A stretch of DNA of 64,000 nt from Isurus oxyrinchus (taxonomy: Eukaryota). How positions within the stretch are numbered: position 1 is the stretch's first letter; every line of letters begins with the position of its first letter. Position numbers and translations under genes: made by a program. The stretch spans positions 186,001 to 250,000 of the forward strand of contig JANJGN010000210.1 of the NCBI GenBank assembly GCA_026770705.1, in the 5' to 3' direction. The notes beneath the pieces were generated by a model, which worked only from the letters and a program-made list of their open reading frames with translations, had not been told where the DNA came from and did not search any database. Of the stretch, positions 50,730 through 62,190 are shown piece by piece.

Positions 50730-53349
50730 TCAGACCCGGCAGAAAATGGCATCAGCGATTGCAATCGGAATTATCCCAACTGATTGAAACTCAATGCAGT
50801 GCAAACACCATCGGTATGGGGGCTACCACTGGTGCAGACAAGTACAAAATCGCGGCCCAGAATTCATAACATTAGTGACCGCAATACTGACGGGGCCGTA
50901 CAGGCTTTATTTGCACCGTAGGAGAACAAAGAACAAACAACAAAGAAAAGTACAGCACAGAAACAGGCCCTTCGGCCTTCCAAGCCTGCGCCGATCATAG
51001 AGCTCGTAACTAAAACATTTTGCACTTCCCGGGTCCGTATCTTTCTATTCCCATCCTATTCATGTATTTGTCAAGCTGCCTCTTAAACATCACTATTGTA
51101 CATGCTTCCACCACCTCCTCTGGCAGCGAATTCCAGACACTCACTACCCTCTGCTTAAAAAAACTTGCCCCGCACATGTCCTCTATAGTTTTCCCCTCTC
51201 ACCTTAAATCTATGTCCCCTATTAGTTGAATCTTCCACCCTGGGAAAAAGCTTCTGACTATCTACTCTGCCCATGCCACTCATAATTTTGTAAACTTCTA
51301 TCAAGTCGCCCCTCAATCTCCGTTGCTCTAGTGAGAACAATCCGAGTTTCTCCAAACTCTCCTCATAGCTAATAACCTCCAGACCAGGCAGCATCCTGCT
51401 AAACCTCCTCTGTACCCTCTCCAACGGCTCTATATCCTTCTATTAATGTGGCGACCAGAATTACACGCAATATTCCAAGTGTGGCCTAACCAAGGTTCTA
51501 TACAGCTGCAGCATGACGTCTCAGTTTTTATACTCAATACTCCTGCCAATGAAGGGAAACATGCCATATACCTTCCTGACTACCTTATCCACCTGCGTTG
51601 CCACTTTCAGTGATCCGTTGACCTTTAGACCCAGATCCGTCTGCCCGTCGATGCACTTAAGAGTTCTGCCATTTGCTGAATAATTCCTGCCTGTATTAGA
51701 CCTTCCAGAATGCATTACCTCGCATTTGTCCGGAATAAACTCCATCTGCCATTTCTTCGCCCGAGTCTCCAACCGATTTATATGCCGTTGTATCATTTGA
51801 CAATCCTTCTTTACTGTCTGCAACTCTCCAACCTTAGCGTCTTCTGTAAATTTACTAATTAGACCAGTTACATTTTCCTCCAAATCAGTTACGTATACAA
51901 CAAACAGCAAAGGTCCCAGCACTGATCCCTGCGGAACTCCACTAGTCACAGCTCTCCATTCTGAAAAGCATCCTGCCAATGCTACCCTCTGTCTTCTATG
52001 ACCAAGCCAATTCTGTATCCACCTTGCCAGCTTACCTTTGATCCCGTGCAACTTTACCTTCTGTATACGTCTGCCATGAGGGACCTTGTCAAAGGCCTTA
52101 CTGAAATCCATGTAGATAACATCCACTGCCCTTCCATCATCGACCATCTTTGTCACTTCCTCGAAAAACTCGATCAAGTTAGTGAGACACGACCTCCCCT
52201 TCACAAAACCATGCTGCCTCTCACTAATACGCCCATTTGCTTCCAAATGTTAGTAAATTTCCTCACAAAGAATCTTCTCCAATAATTTCCCTACCACTGA
52301 TGTAAGGCTCACCAGCCTGTAATTTCCTGGATTATCCCTGCTACCCTTCTTAAACAATGGAACAACATTGGCCATTCTGCAGTCCTCCAAGACCTCTCCC
52401 ATAGCCAGTGAGGATACAAAGATTTCTGTCAAGGCCCCAGAAATCTCCTCCCTTGCCTCCCTCAGTACTCTGGGGTAGATCCCATCTGGTCCTGGGGATT
52501 TATCCACCTTAATATACTTCAAGATGCCTAACACCTCCTCTTTTTTGATCTCCACATGATCCAGGCTATCTACACACTCTTCCCTAGGCAAATCGACCGC
52601 TAAGTCCTTCTCTTTGGTGAATACTGATGAGAAGTATTAATTTAGTATCTCTCCCATTTCTTCTGGCTCCACACACAGATTCTCACCTCTGTCCCTGAGT
52701 GGGCCAACCCTTTCCCTGGCTACCTTCTTGCTTTTTACATATGTATTAAAGGCTTTGGGGATTTTCCTTAATCCTTGCTGCCAGTGACTTTTCATGACAC
52801 CTTTTAGCCCTCCTGACTCCTTGCTTAAGTTTCTTCATACTTTCTTTATATTCTCCATGGGCTTCATCTGTTCCCAGCCTTTTAGCCCTTACGAATGCTT
52901 CCCTTTTCTTTTTGACTAATCTCACAATATCCATCGTTATCCACGGTTCCTGAAACTTGCCATGCTTATCCTTCATCCTATCAGGAACTTGCCGGTCCTG
53001 AACTCTTATCAACTGACATTTGAAAGGCTCCGACATGTCCGTTGTTGATTTGCCCTCAAACATCCGCCTGCAGTCTAGATTCCTCAGCTCCTGCCTAATA
53101 TTGCTCTAATTAGCCTTCCCCCAATTAAGCACCTTAACCCGAGGACTCCTGTTATCCTTAGCCATTAGTACCTTGAAACCTATTGAATTATGGTCAGCTT
53201 TCCCGAAATGCTCCTCTAATGTTATGTACTGACATAACTAGAAGTTATGACATTCTCAGTATTGAGGGCATCGCGGCATCAGACGTTGGAGTGTTGGGTG
53301 TACAATGAGACATGGTGGGGCCGAGACCAAGTGGGCCCATCCAATACCC
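50730..53349 (+). pseudogene. V pseudogene (family D) split by a CR1 insertion
   Basis: 5' part MQCKH..YHWCRQVQNRGPEFI (to about 50920); 3' part TDITRSYDILSIEGIAASDVGV from about 53221; decayed RSS CATGGTG-23-CCAATACCC at 53311-53349. Confidence 0.8.
50922..53220 (-). mobile_element. 2.3-kb 5'-truncated CR1 LINE (ORF2 RT, frameshifted)
   Basis: ORFs with DKSPGPDG, NYRLVSLTS, QHGFVKGRSCLTNL, DFSKAFD, GVPQGSVLGP and LGLFSLEQRRLRGDLIE; tail AGAACAAAGAAC. Confidence 0.95.
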
Positions 53350-53969
53350 TCTGCGGGTTCCCATCAGCCAGCCCCTACACAGGTACTATTATGTGGCCTA
53401 CTTTCCACAGGCTTCACCCATCCTATAAGGAAAGGATAACTAGATTATCCTGAATGTGCTGACTCCCTTGGTAGGTAGAGTATCATCGACCCCGCCCATT
53501 CCCCCGGGAAAGGGATTTAGAGATCATGGTGAGTATTTTACTTGTTTTGTTACAGACAAGTCCACAGGCTCCACACATTCTGTAAGGAAATGGCTCCTTG
53601 GGCTGTCCTGATGACGTTAAATGTTTACTGAGTTACAGCGCCTCGGGAGCTCACTCATTCTGTAAGGGATGGTTTCCACTGGATTTGCACATCCAGTGTC
53701 AGGCCGGTCGCTTGTGAGAATGATTCTCATAAAGAGATGTGCTTCCCCTCACTTCCTTCCTCGCGGAGCAGAAGAAGCTGCTGGTCTTCAGACAACTGTT
53801 AGGTTCAGAGCTGAACCGCGGGGGAAATGAGCAGCGGGCTAACAAACCACCTCCTCATATCCGGTGAACAATATCAATTTCAAGCCAATGAGGAGCGGGA
53901 AAAATAAACACGTGACCGAGACATTGAATATCCATCATTGACTTTAAACAGCCAACATTTTAATCTCTT

Positions 53970-54072
53970 TGAAGTTCTGTCGAAGGGTCATGAGGACTCG
54001 AAACGTCAACTCTTTTCTTCTCCGCCGATGCTGCCAGACCTGCTGAGTTTTTCCAGGTAATTCTGTTTTTAT
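53970..54072 (+). mobile_element. Penelope-like 3' end fragment
   Basis: GAAGGGTCATGAGGACTCGAAACGTCAAC..GATGCTGCCAGACCTGCTGAGTTTTTCCAGGTAATTCTGTTTTT. Confidence 0.6.
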
Positions 54073-54149
54073 TTTAATCTCTTCACCCGATTGACTTTCT
54101 TCTGTTATGAGCTGCCTCCTATTATTGTATTGACATTCTCATAGCAACC

Positions 54150-54625
54150 ATGTGTTGTGTCGCCCCGTTAAAGCTATTATCCGTCATCCTGGCGATCCGA
54201 ACAAGGAGGTACAGGACAGGTACCCAATAACCAAGAGTGAGTTTTTCATTATTCATCTCGTTTTTCCAGTTTTTCATACCCTGAATACTTCTGCAGGTCG
54301 ATGTCTCTCGAACCGTGTTCTTCAATCTCCCGCTTCGAACACAGTCCAGAGCGGGGATTCGCCGCAGATGGACTGCAGCTCCGAGGTGTCCGACTTTTAG
54401 GCGATGCGTTGGTATAGACAGCAATACGGCCAGGGACTGCAGTGGATTATAAGGCGAGCATAGATTGGCAAATAGAGACGCGGGCGATATGAACTGAAAC
54501 TTTCCGAGTCGGAGAAACGCGGCAAACCGCTCATTGAAGGCACTGAGGACGCCAATGTCGCGGTTTATTACTTTGCGGCTGAGCCCCACACTGAGACAAA
54601 ACCGGGCAGTCACTGTCCAAAAACC
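54150..54625 (+). pseudogene. V pseudogene (family E)
   Basis: V exon from 54297 TVQSGDSPQMDCS..TAG..MRWYRQQYGQGLQWI; RSS CACACTG-23-CCAAAAACC at 54587-54625. Confidence 0.88.
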
Positions 54626-55639
54626 TCGCTCCTGGGCGCAGTTCCGGAAGAGAGGCAGCAATCTCTTTGATAACAGAAGGCGGGCCAGGCGGCTCAGAGC
54701 ATGAACAGCTAACGACAGAGACGGGCAGGGGTGCCACTGGTTGCCTAGTAAATCCAGGGCTGCCGCGGATTGTCTAGTAAATCCTACTGGAGAGGATCTT
54801 TCATCAGAGATACTGATGGTCACAGCAGAGAGTGTCGGACTGTGGATGCAGTTAGTCAGTGCGGTCTTTCCTACGTGGGGAGCTCCATTGTCTGATTGTG
54901 TCCCAGGGAACCGAGAGGGATCCTGAGTGTTTAATTTATGCCGTTGTGTGATGATTCTTAAAGAACATTAAGATAATCATACAGTAAAATCCGTGCTGAA
55001 ATTTGTCCCAAATTATGACCAAACAGTTATCTGAAAGAATGTGCTTGCGATTGTCCTGCGGATGATATTTTACCGACCCCCACCCCCCTCTTCTATCTCG
55101 CAGGAAAATATTAACCAAATTCGAAACAAAAACAGAAAATGCTGCAAACACAACCAGAAACAGTATGAAGGCTCCAGTCTGTGACCTTTCACCAGAAATC
55201 AGCAACTCCTCAAACTGAGTTCAGGTGGAATGTCGCGGACGTGAAACCTTATATCTGATTCTCCCTGCAGCAATGTTTTCCGACTTGCTGAGTATGGCAA
55301 GAATTACCTGTTTTTGCCCCAAATGTATTTGAATGGGAGCATAAAGCTGCTGATGACAGAGCCCTACCAAGTGAGAGGCAGCAGCCATCATTAGTCGTAA
55401 CTAGCTGTGGGTCAGAGTCCCACGCACGGCAAGACATTTGTAAGCCAGATGGGTTTTCGTGACAACTGTTTTTTCCTGCAGATAATTAGACAAAGTTATT
55501 AAACTCAAGTTTTACCATTTGTCGTGGTGGGATTCAAACACTGGACATTGTACAATGGTGTTGGATTACTAGCTCATCGATAATTCCCCGACACCACTGT
55601 AGCACACTGCCTTAACGCAAAAGCAGAAAGGTTAAGGAG

Positions 55640-55979
55640 TATGATTCCGCCAGTGTTCAGCAGAGGGTAGATTGCTAAAGTTGTCTGTGTGTGATTATGA
55701 CACTGCGCAGCAAAGGGTAGATTGTTAAAGGTGTGTGTGTGTGTATGTGTTTGTGTATGTGTGTGATTATGACATTGTCCAGCAGAGGGTAGATTGCTTA
55801 AGATGTTTGGTGGGTGTGCGTGTTTGTCATGATCACAGTGCCCAGCAGAGGGTAGATTGCTCAAGGGCTGTCTGTGTGTGCATGTGGTAATGACAGTGTC
55901 CAGCAGAGGGTAGATTTCTAATGTTGTGTGTGCGTGTGTGTGATTCAGGCAGTGTACATCAGAGGGTCGATTGCGAAAG

Positions 55980-56054
<75 letters not shown>

Positions 56055-56080
56055 ATTCTGGCACAGCACAACAGCAAACG
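55640..56080 (+). repeat. Compound array: 6 full and 1 degenerate copy of GACAGTGTCCAGCAGAGGGTAGATTG separated by TG-rich spacers
   Basis: Units at about 55641, 55694, 55766, 55830, 55887, 55943 and 56055. Confidence 0.9.
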
Positions 56081-57044
56081 GCAAAGACGAATTGAAGGGC
56101 CACATCAATACTAAGGGAACGGTTTCATTATCTTTGTGTCAAACAGCAGATGCCATGGCTGGGACATGTGAAAACATAGGCCCTGTCACCGAGCTCCAAT
56201 ACTCAGTGAACATCTCAGAGCTTCCAAGCGATTTTGGAGGTGGTAAAACAGAATTGACGGAGTTGGCGAGTAACCACAGTTCAGAGATATCCAGGAAAAT
56301 TCACAACCCCTTCATTCTGAAAGATGTTCAGAACCTGAATCTTCGCCATTTCTTCCTGAAAGACATAGGTAGAATATTTCGAAAGAAAGGAAGTAACCCT
56401 GGAAAACACGCTGACTCACCAAACCTGGATTCACTGTGCAATATCTATTCTCCTAATAATCTGGATTTGCAAGTCTAATGATGACAACAGAATCATTGCC
56501 AGTTGCAGTGAATAAACCCATATGTTTCACTAATGTGCTTTAGGGAGAGAAATCTGCCGCCTTTACCTGGTCTGGCCTACATCTGACTCCAGGCCCACAT
56601 TTATGTGGTTGGCTCTTAAATGCCCCTGAACAAGGGCAATTAGAGCAGGACAATAAATGCTGGCCAACGTCCTACTAAGGAATAAAACAAATGTTAAAAA
56701 TATCAATTTTTCCCCAGTCTCTCGGTGCGAAGAGTTTCTGCCCGTGCAGTGGCCAACGAACACGAGGCAATGGAATTGATAAAAGCTAATCAGCACAGCT
56801 CAGAGCCAGGTTAAACATAGCAAGGGTTCAATTCCAATCCCACACAATGCAATAATCGAATGCCGAGAACCATAAATGCTGCAAATCTGAAATAAAAGAA
56901 CAGAACATTCTGGAAAAGTAAAGGATAGCTGGTTAGGATGCCTCTCAGTGGAGAGCTAACGTTTCAGATTGATGAAATTTTATCCCAACTGGAAATGCTG
57001 GAAGTGACGTAAGTCTTCTTCAATGATTCGGTGGGATTTTGTGT

Positions 57045-57260
57045 GTTTCATTGTATGGGACCTGGTTAACTTTTGCAGCCAGTGTGGGGTCCATGGCGTA
57101 AGGTGTTGGCGGATGATAGTTCCCATGGATATTTAAAGCAAACCCTGTGATTTCGTTTTGCAAAACATCAGATACCTTGTCTGGGGTCACAAGAACCAGG
57201 TAACATTCTCCGGAATACTGGGGTAAGAGCGGGACAGGGGGATTCTCTCGATGTCCTGGG
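57045..57260 (-). pseudogene. Truncated V relic (paralog of the 38.1 kb relic)
   Basis: ..PDKVSDVLQNEITGFALNI..YAMDP with CACACTG heptamer and ACAATGAAA nonamer (25-nt spacer). Confidence 0.6.
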
Positions 57261-57675
57261 GCCACATTCCACCTTTAACAAACACCACCCAATGCAAACA
57301 CATGCACCGACCTCCCAGTTTATCACTGTGCGGAAAGGAATGCAACAGCACAACTGGCAGAAAGAAAAGCTCCCCTCCCCGACCCCTGTACCCCAGAGTA
57401 TTGTGGGAGGGGCTTTCACATCCTGATCACAATCCAAATGTAGAGTCAGAAAATTGCAGCCTCCTTTTATAAACCTATCTCTTATTCACACAGCACTTCG
57501 CCACCTATCCGGGAACCATGCGGCCCATCAATGATCTCAGCGAAACTGCCCTGTACAAATAAACTCGACCCCCCTAAAATATTTCAGTCCAGCTCTGAGG
57601 TCCGGTTTCCCAGTGCACTCCAGGGCTGCAGTCTCCAGCTCCCCGTCATATAAACCCTCAGTTCCAGGCAGCAGA

Positions 57676-58158
57676 ATGATGGGAATCTTTCTTGCTTTCA
57701 CCCTGTGTGAATGTTTACCCCGTGAGTACCGATCAAACAAACCGACATTGTGTGGATTTAATAGTAAGCTGCCCGAGCCCATCCCAATTACAGACAATGT
57801 CTGGGGTTTAACCCCGTTCTGTGAATCTGCTCTGATGCTCCATTAAACTCTCTCTGTTTAATTTCCAGGCTATTTCAGTCAGTCATTGACACAGACCTCG
57901 GCAGCGGTGACCAGGAAGGAGTGTCATTCTCTCACCATTACCTATGTTTTCTATGGTGGTTTTTACGCTCGACATTTGACGGGCGGGGATTTCTTCAGAA
58001 AAACCCAGACCGGGACAGAGCGGGAGCGGATCTCCAGCGGAGGAAGATTTGTTGAGACGTTGAATAAAGCACAAAAGACATTTTCGCTGGAAATTCGGGA
58101 TGTGAGAGTTGAATACACCGCCACCTATTTCTGTAAATCTCAGTACGAGTACGAAGAA
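57676..58158 (+). pseudogene. NTCRV: NAR-TCR variable segment (IgNAR-like V), open frame but Cys23->Tyr
   Basis: TATAAA at 57649; leader 57676-57721 MMGIFLAFTLCECLP with GTGAG donor; exon 57869-58158 LTQTSAAVTRKECHSLTITYV..ERISSGGRFVETLNKAQKTFSLEIRDVRVEYTATYFCK has the VNAR signature (no CDR2); RSS CACGGCG-22-ATAAAAACT at 58159-58196. Confidence 0.92.
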
Positions 58159-58525
58159 CACGGCGACGGGTCTCGGTTTCCCGCGATATAAAAACTCTCA
58201 CTGCAGATTATTACAGAATCAAATAAAAAAAACGGAGTTAATCTGCAGTTAAACCCCCCACGGTTCCGCCTCACACCGCCTGCCCCACAGTCTAGTGTAT
58301 AATGAGACTGGATTATTGCCGTTAACATCTTGAGTTTTATAAATGTCGAGTGTGTGCGGATGGCGATGTCTTTGCCGGGATTGGTGTCAGTGAATGGGGA
58401 TTGGGAATGACTAATCCCAGTTACAAACCTCTAACACCAGATGTGATCCTGGTCTAACAGCTGGAACTGGGAACCGCAGTCCCCGCTGTTTACCTAGTAT
58501 ACCCACAGCGCACCAAGTACCCAGG

Positions 58526-58598
58526 GGATTTCATGCTGACTTGTAACACTGCGTGTTTGGATGGGGAAGTCACAGTGGAAGAGACTTGAGCAAATATC
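58526..58598 (+). other. NAR-TCR D segment flanked by 12/12 RSS
   Basis: GGATTTCAT-12-CACTGCG, core TGTTTGGATGGGGAAGT (58554-58570), CACAGTG-12-GCAAATATC. Confidence 0.8.
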
Positions 58599-58914
58599 TC
58601 TCCACAATCACAATATAAATTCTCCAGTCCCGGACAGTGAATTGTCGGGTTGATGTTATTGTTGCTATAATCTGGTTACATTTCATTGTAATTTCCACCA
58701 TTCAGTTATCTTTCTTTAATCATTTTTCTCGGTTTATATGAAGAGAACATTTCGTTCCCGGGACCATTTACTCAGAACTCAGGGCCTCACAAAGAACAGT
58801 TTGAACAGACAGAGACTTTAAAATATTGAATATTGTTTACTTATTTATATCCGCTGAATAATTGGGCAGTTTCTACTGTCTGATGATGATTCCCCAGTAG
58901 TTTGAGTTGTCGGT

Positions 58915-59010
58915 GATTGTTGTACCGGGGACACTGAGAGTGGTGTCACTGTGGTGGGTTACTAAGTATTATTCTGTGGATGGACCCAGGACAGCTGGTA
59001 ATAACTCCAA
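58915..59010 (+). pseudogene. NAR-TCR J segment with 23-RSS, decayed
   Basis: GATTGTTGT-23-CACTGTG (58915-58953); coding 58954-59010 reads YYSVDGPRT then frameshifted LVITP; no GT donor after ACTCCAA. Confidence 0.7.
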
Positions 59011-59869
59011 ACCTCGCCGGGTTACCGACTGTCCCTTGTAATGTTCACCGTCAGTTTATTATTGATATCGGTTGGGTTTGGGGGGATGTGGGAGTTGATG
59101 GAATCTGGACCATTATTGGTTTAACGGGCACATTGGGGACAACATCAACATCTCGGACTCTCACACTTTGAATCGCTTTTAATGAGAGCAGATTGTCGGC
59201 AATCCGGACTCCACTCCCGGTGTTAACTGTGACCGAGGGAGCTCTGCCTGTCCCTTAGAGCTGGGGAGCGGGGTGACAGATCTCTCTCCTGGGCAGCAGT
59301 TTGCAGTCCGAGCTGCGCAATGTGAATGAGGAACCGGGTGAATAAACTCAACATAACTGCGGCCAGTTCGGATACCTGACCCGGGAGTAAAACAAGCAAG
59401 TGACACAATGGACTTCAGATATAAGAGGTCCTGATGTGGGTCTACATGGAATTTTATTATTGGATAATCAGTGACTGAAATTAGTGACAATGCCCCCGCC
59501 GTTTGTTTCAATTGTCTTCAGAAAACCAATTACTTTCCTCCCTTTCTGACCTCAGACCGAAATGTGAAAGTTTGGAACTGCAGACACTTTATTATCTTGA
59601 ATGTAGATGTTTGAGAGATGGGATTGCTGTAATTTTTCTGTATCCCTGATTACTGTTAATGGAAACAACAAAATGCAGTGAGATAGTGAGGATAATGCAT
59701 TAATCTTATAAAGGAGAACAAGAACATAGGGAACAATTATAAACTGGGGCCATGTTCATTTAGAACCAGCAAGAAATAGCTCAGCGAAAGGGGGAGAAGG
59801 ATTGTATGACCTCTGGGCGCCTTCCAAAGTACAATCCGACCACGTGGTGGGTGAGCTTTATGGAGGGAA

Positions 59870-60430
59870 GGACTGAAATAGACTGAAATGCTGTGTAAAG
59901 TTTTGGTCTCATTACTGAAGAGAGAACCATCTGCTTTGGAAGGAGTGCAACAAAGGCTCACCAGACTGATTCCTAAGATGAAGAGGTTGTCCATTGTGAA
60001 ATGATTTAGTAGTCTGGGCCTGTATTCCCTAGAGTTTAGGAGAATGAGAGGTGATCTAATGAAAACATATAATATTCTTCAGGGAACTTGACTGGGCAGA
60101 TACTGGGTCGCAGTTTCTCCAGGCTGAGGAGTATAGAACTCAGGGTCACAGCTTCAGAAGAAAGGGTCATCCATTAGAACTGAGAAACGGAAAATAATCT
60201 TGAGAAGAACTATTGGTGCGAACCTGTGGCATTCTGTAACTCAGAGAGCAGTGGGTGTTCAGTATCACCGTGTATGCAAGGCAATATTCGACAGATTTTT
60301 GGATTCTAACAGAATCAGGAGATATTGGGAGAATGCGGGAATGTGATGTAGAGGTGGAAAATCAGCAACCATATTACTGAATGGCTAAGCAGGTTTGAAA
60401 TGTGGTCTGGCGCCTCCTGCTTCTATTCGA
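59870..60430 (+). mobile_element. CR1 LINE 3' fragment in the J-to-supporting-V intron
   Basis: LEGVQQRLTRLIP..LGLYSLEFRRMRGDL. Confidence 0.8.
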
Positions 60431-61846
60431 TTCTCTACTTTGATTTCCTATAGGCCTGAGAAAAGAAATCAGCAGCATTCCACATCTCTCTGGGAAGTTG
60501 AAGCCGGCAGGGCCTGTTTTTTCTGGACAAAAGGGAAACACTGGGAAAATTAATAGAAACCTTTCAAACAATGAGCGGTTTTAGTCTGGTGAAATTGTTT
60601 ATTTGTGGCTGAGTCCAAAGCAATGGACCATCAAAATATTAACAGGACAAAGAAGAATATTAAGACAAATAAATTTTAACAAAGACAAGTCAGAGTATGG
60701 AACTTGCTGTCCCAGGGAGTGCTTGCAGATATTACTGATATATTTACGGAACAGACCGACCCAGGGAGCTGGATGGAAATGGTCAGTTAAGTTTCGGTGG
60801 GGATTAGGTTGGAATTGAGTCTATGCACAGGTTGAATGGCCCATTCCTCTTTTGCGTTCTTTTTCCTCCATAATGTTAAAATTGAGGGAAAACTCCGCCC
60901 AGTGAACCCGGGAAAGAATCAGTTAACGTACGGAAAGAATTGAAATTGTCAGAGAGCCGGAAGAGGCAGTTCCCAGTGAGTAACAGTAAAACCACTGCGG
61001 AAACTGAACAGACTGAACCCAACAGACAACTGAGAGAGTTTGGGGCAAGTTCCCACGATTGCAAAAAGCGCAAACAGCACAAAGTAAATGTGAAAAAAGG
61101 AAATGTGAAATAAAGTAAATAAAATAAAATTAATTGTAAATATTTCAAATGAACTAAACTGCAGAAAATTGGACCCTATTGATAAAACTTAGAGAAATAG
61201 AGCACCAGGCCGAGAGAAATTCCAGAGCACTTATAAGCCGCAAGAAATGATTGACGTTTGGCCACTGATGTTTACTCTCGCTTTGGCCCAATTGGTGCTG
61301 ATGATTCCCATCGGTTTGTGTTGGGTCTTGTGATGCCACACAGCTGTATTTCTCTCTAACAAACATTTTTCTTTTTTGGAAATCGGTTGCCTCATTGGTC
61401 ATAAAATATTCCCTCGGGTTTGTGTCTCACTGGGGATAATACACACAGGGATGTAATTTTATTCATAGAATTATCCGGCCCGTCGTGTATGCGCCGATGC
61501 ATTAGAAGTGCAAACCAATTGTTCCCACGGCCCATTAACTTTCTCCAGCGCTCTATATTTTTATTTACATTTCCAGTACAGATCCATTACCTGCTTCAAA
61601 GTTACAATGGAATCTGTTCCCACCACCAATTCAAACGGTGCATTCTTCATGAGGAGAATTCGCTATGGAAAAAAAAATCACTTCATTCCCTACTTTATCA
61701 TAGTTTAATATCAGTGAATACGGTTCAAACAGGCTTCAAAAAATAAAATTACCACAAAAAGCAGAGCTATTCAAGCGATCGACAATTTCTCCTGGACAAA
61801 CAGTGGATAAACAAAAAGATAATGTTCATTTTTTTTGATTCTCCAG

Positions 61847-62190
61847 ATTCCAGTTCCATGATTTCCCGGGATCTGCCAGTACAAACCTCTGCTGCCTGTG
61901 ACACCGTTACTTTAAACTGTGAATATTCAGGGTTCTGTCCGTACACAGTACACTGGTATCGTCTGTCGCCCGGAAAGGCTCCGGAATATCTGCTTCAGAG
62001 ACACACTTCAGGAGAGGAGAATAAACAAACGCCGTCGAGGGGAGAATTTCTGCTTCTATCGAATCTGTCAAGAAAATCAGCCGGTTAAAGATCTCCAAAC
62101 TACAATGGAGCAACTCCGCTGTGTCTTACTGTGCACTGAGTCGGCGTGCAGCACAGTGATACAGAGAATGGAGAGAGCTGTAGAAAAGCC
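61847..62190 (+). pseudogene. STCRDV: Leaderless supporting TCR delta V of NAR-TCR, frameshifted
   Basis: CAG acceptor; DTVTLNCEYSGFCPYTVHWYR..PEYLLQRHTSGEENK, a 1-nt frameshift, then GRISASIESVKKISRLKISKLQWSNSAVSYCALS; CDR1 Cys; RSS CACAGTG-23-AGAAAAGCC at 62152-62190; no leader exon recognisable upstream. Confidence 0.9.

Noticed and set aside
51155-53063. Reverse transcriptase ORFs as an active or domesticated gene
   Set aside because: Fragmented over several frames, 5'-truncated, catalytic FADD altered to FTED: an ordinary dead CR1
55640-56080. CRISPR-like repeat-spacer appearance (also 36645-37105)
   Set aside because: Vertebrate context, spacers are TG microsatellite rather than unique sequence, repeats are degenerate, and there are no cas genes
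57676-59010. IgNAR antibody cluster
   Set aside because: Only one D, no IgNAR constant exons, and it is followed by a leaderless Vdelta, which fits NAR-TCR
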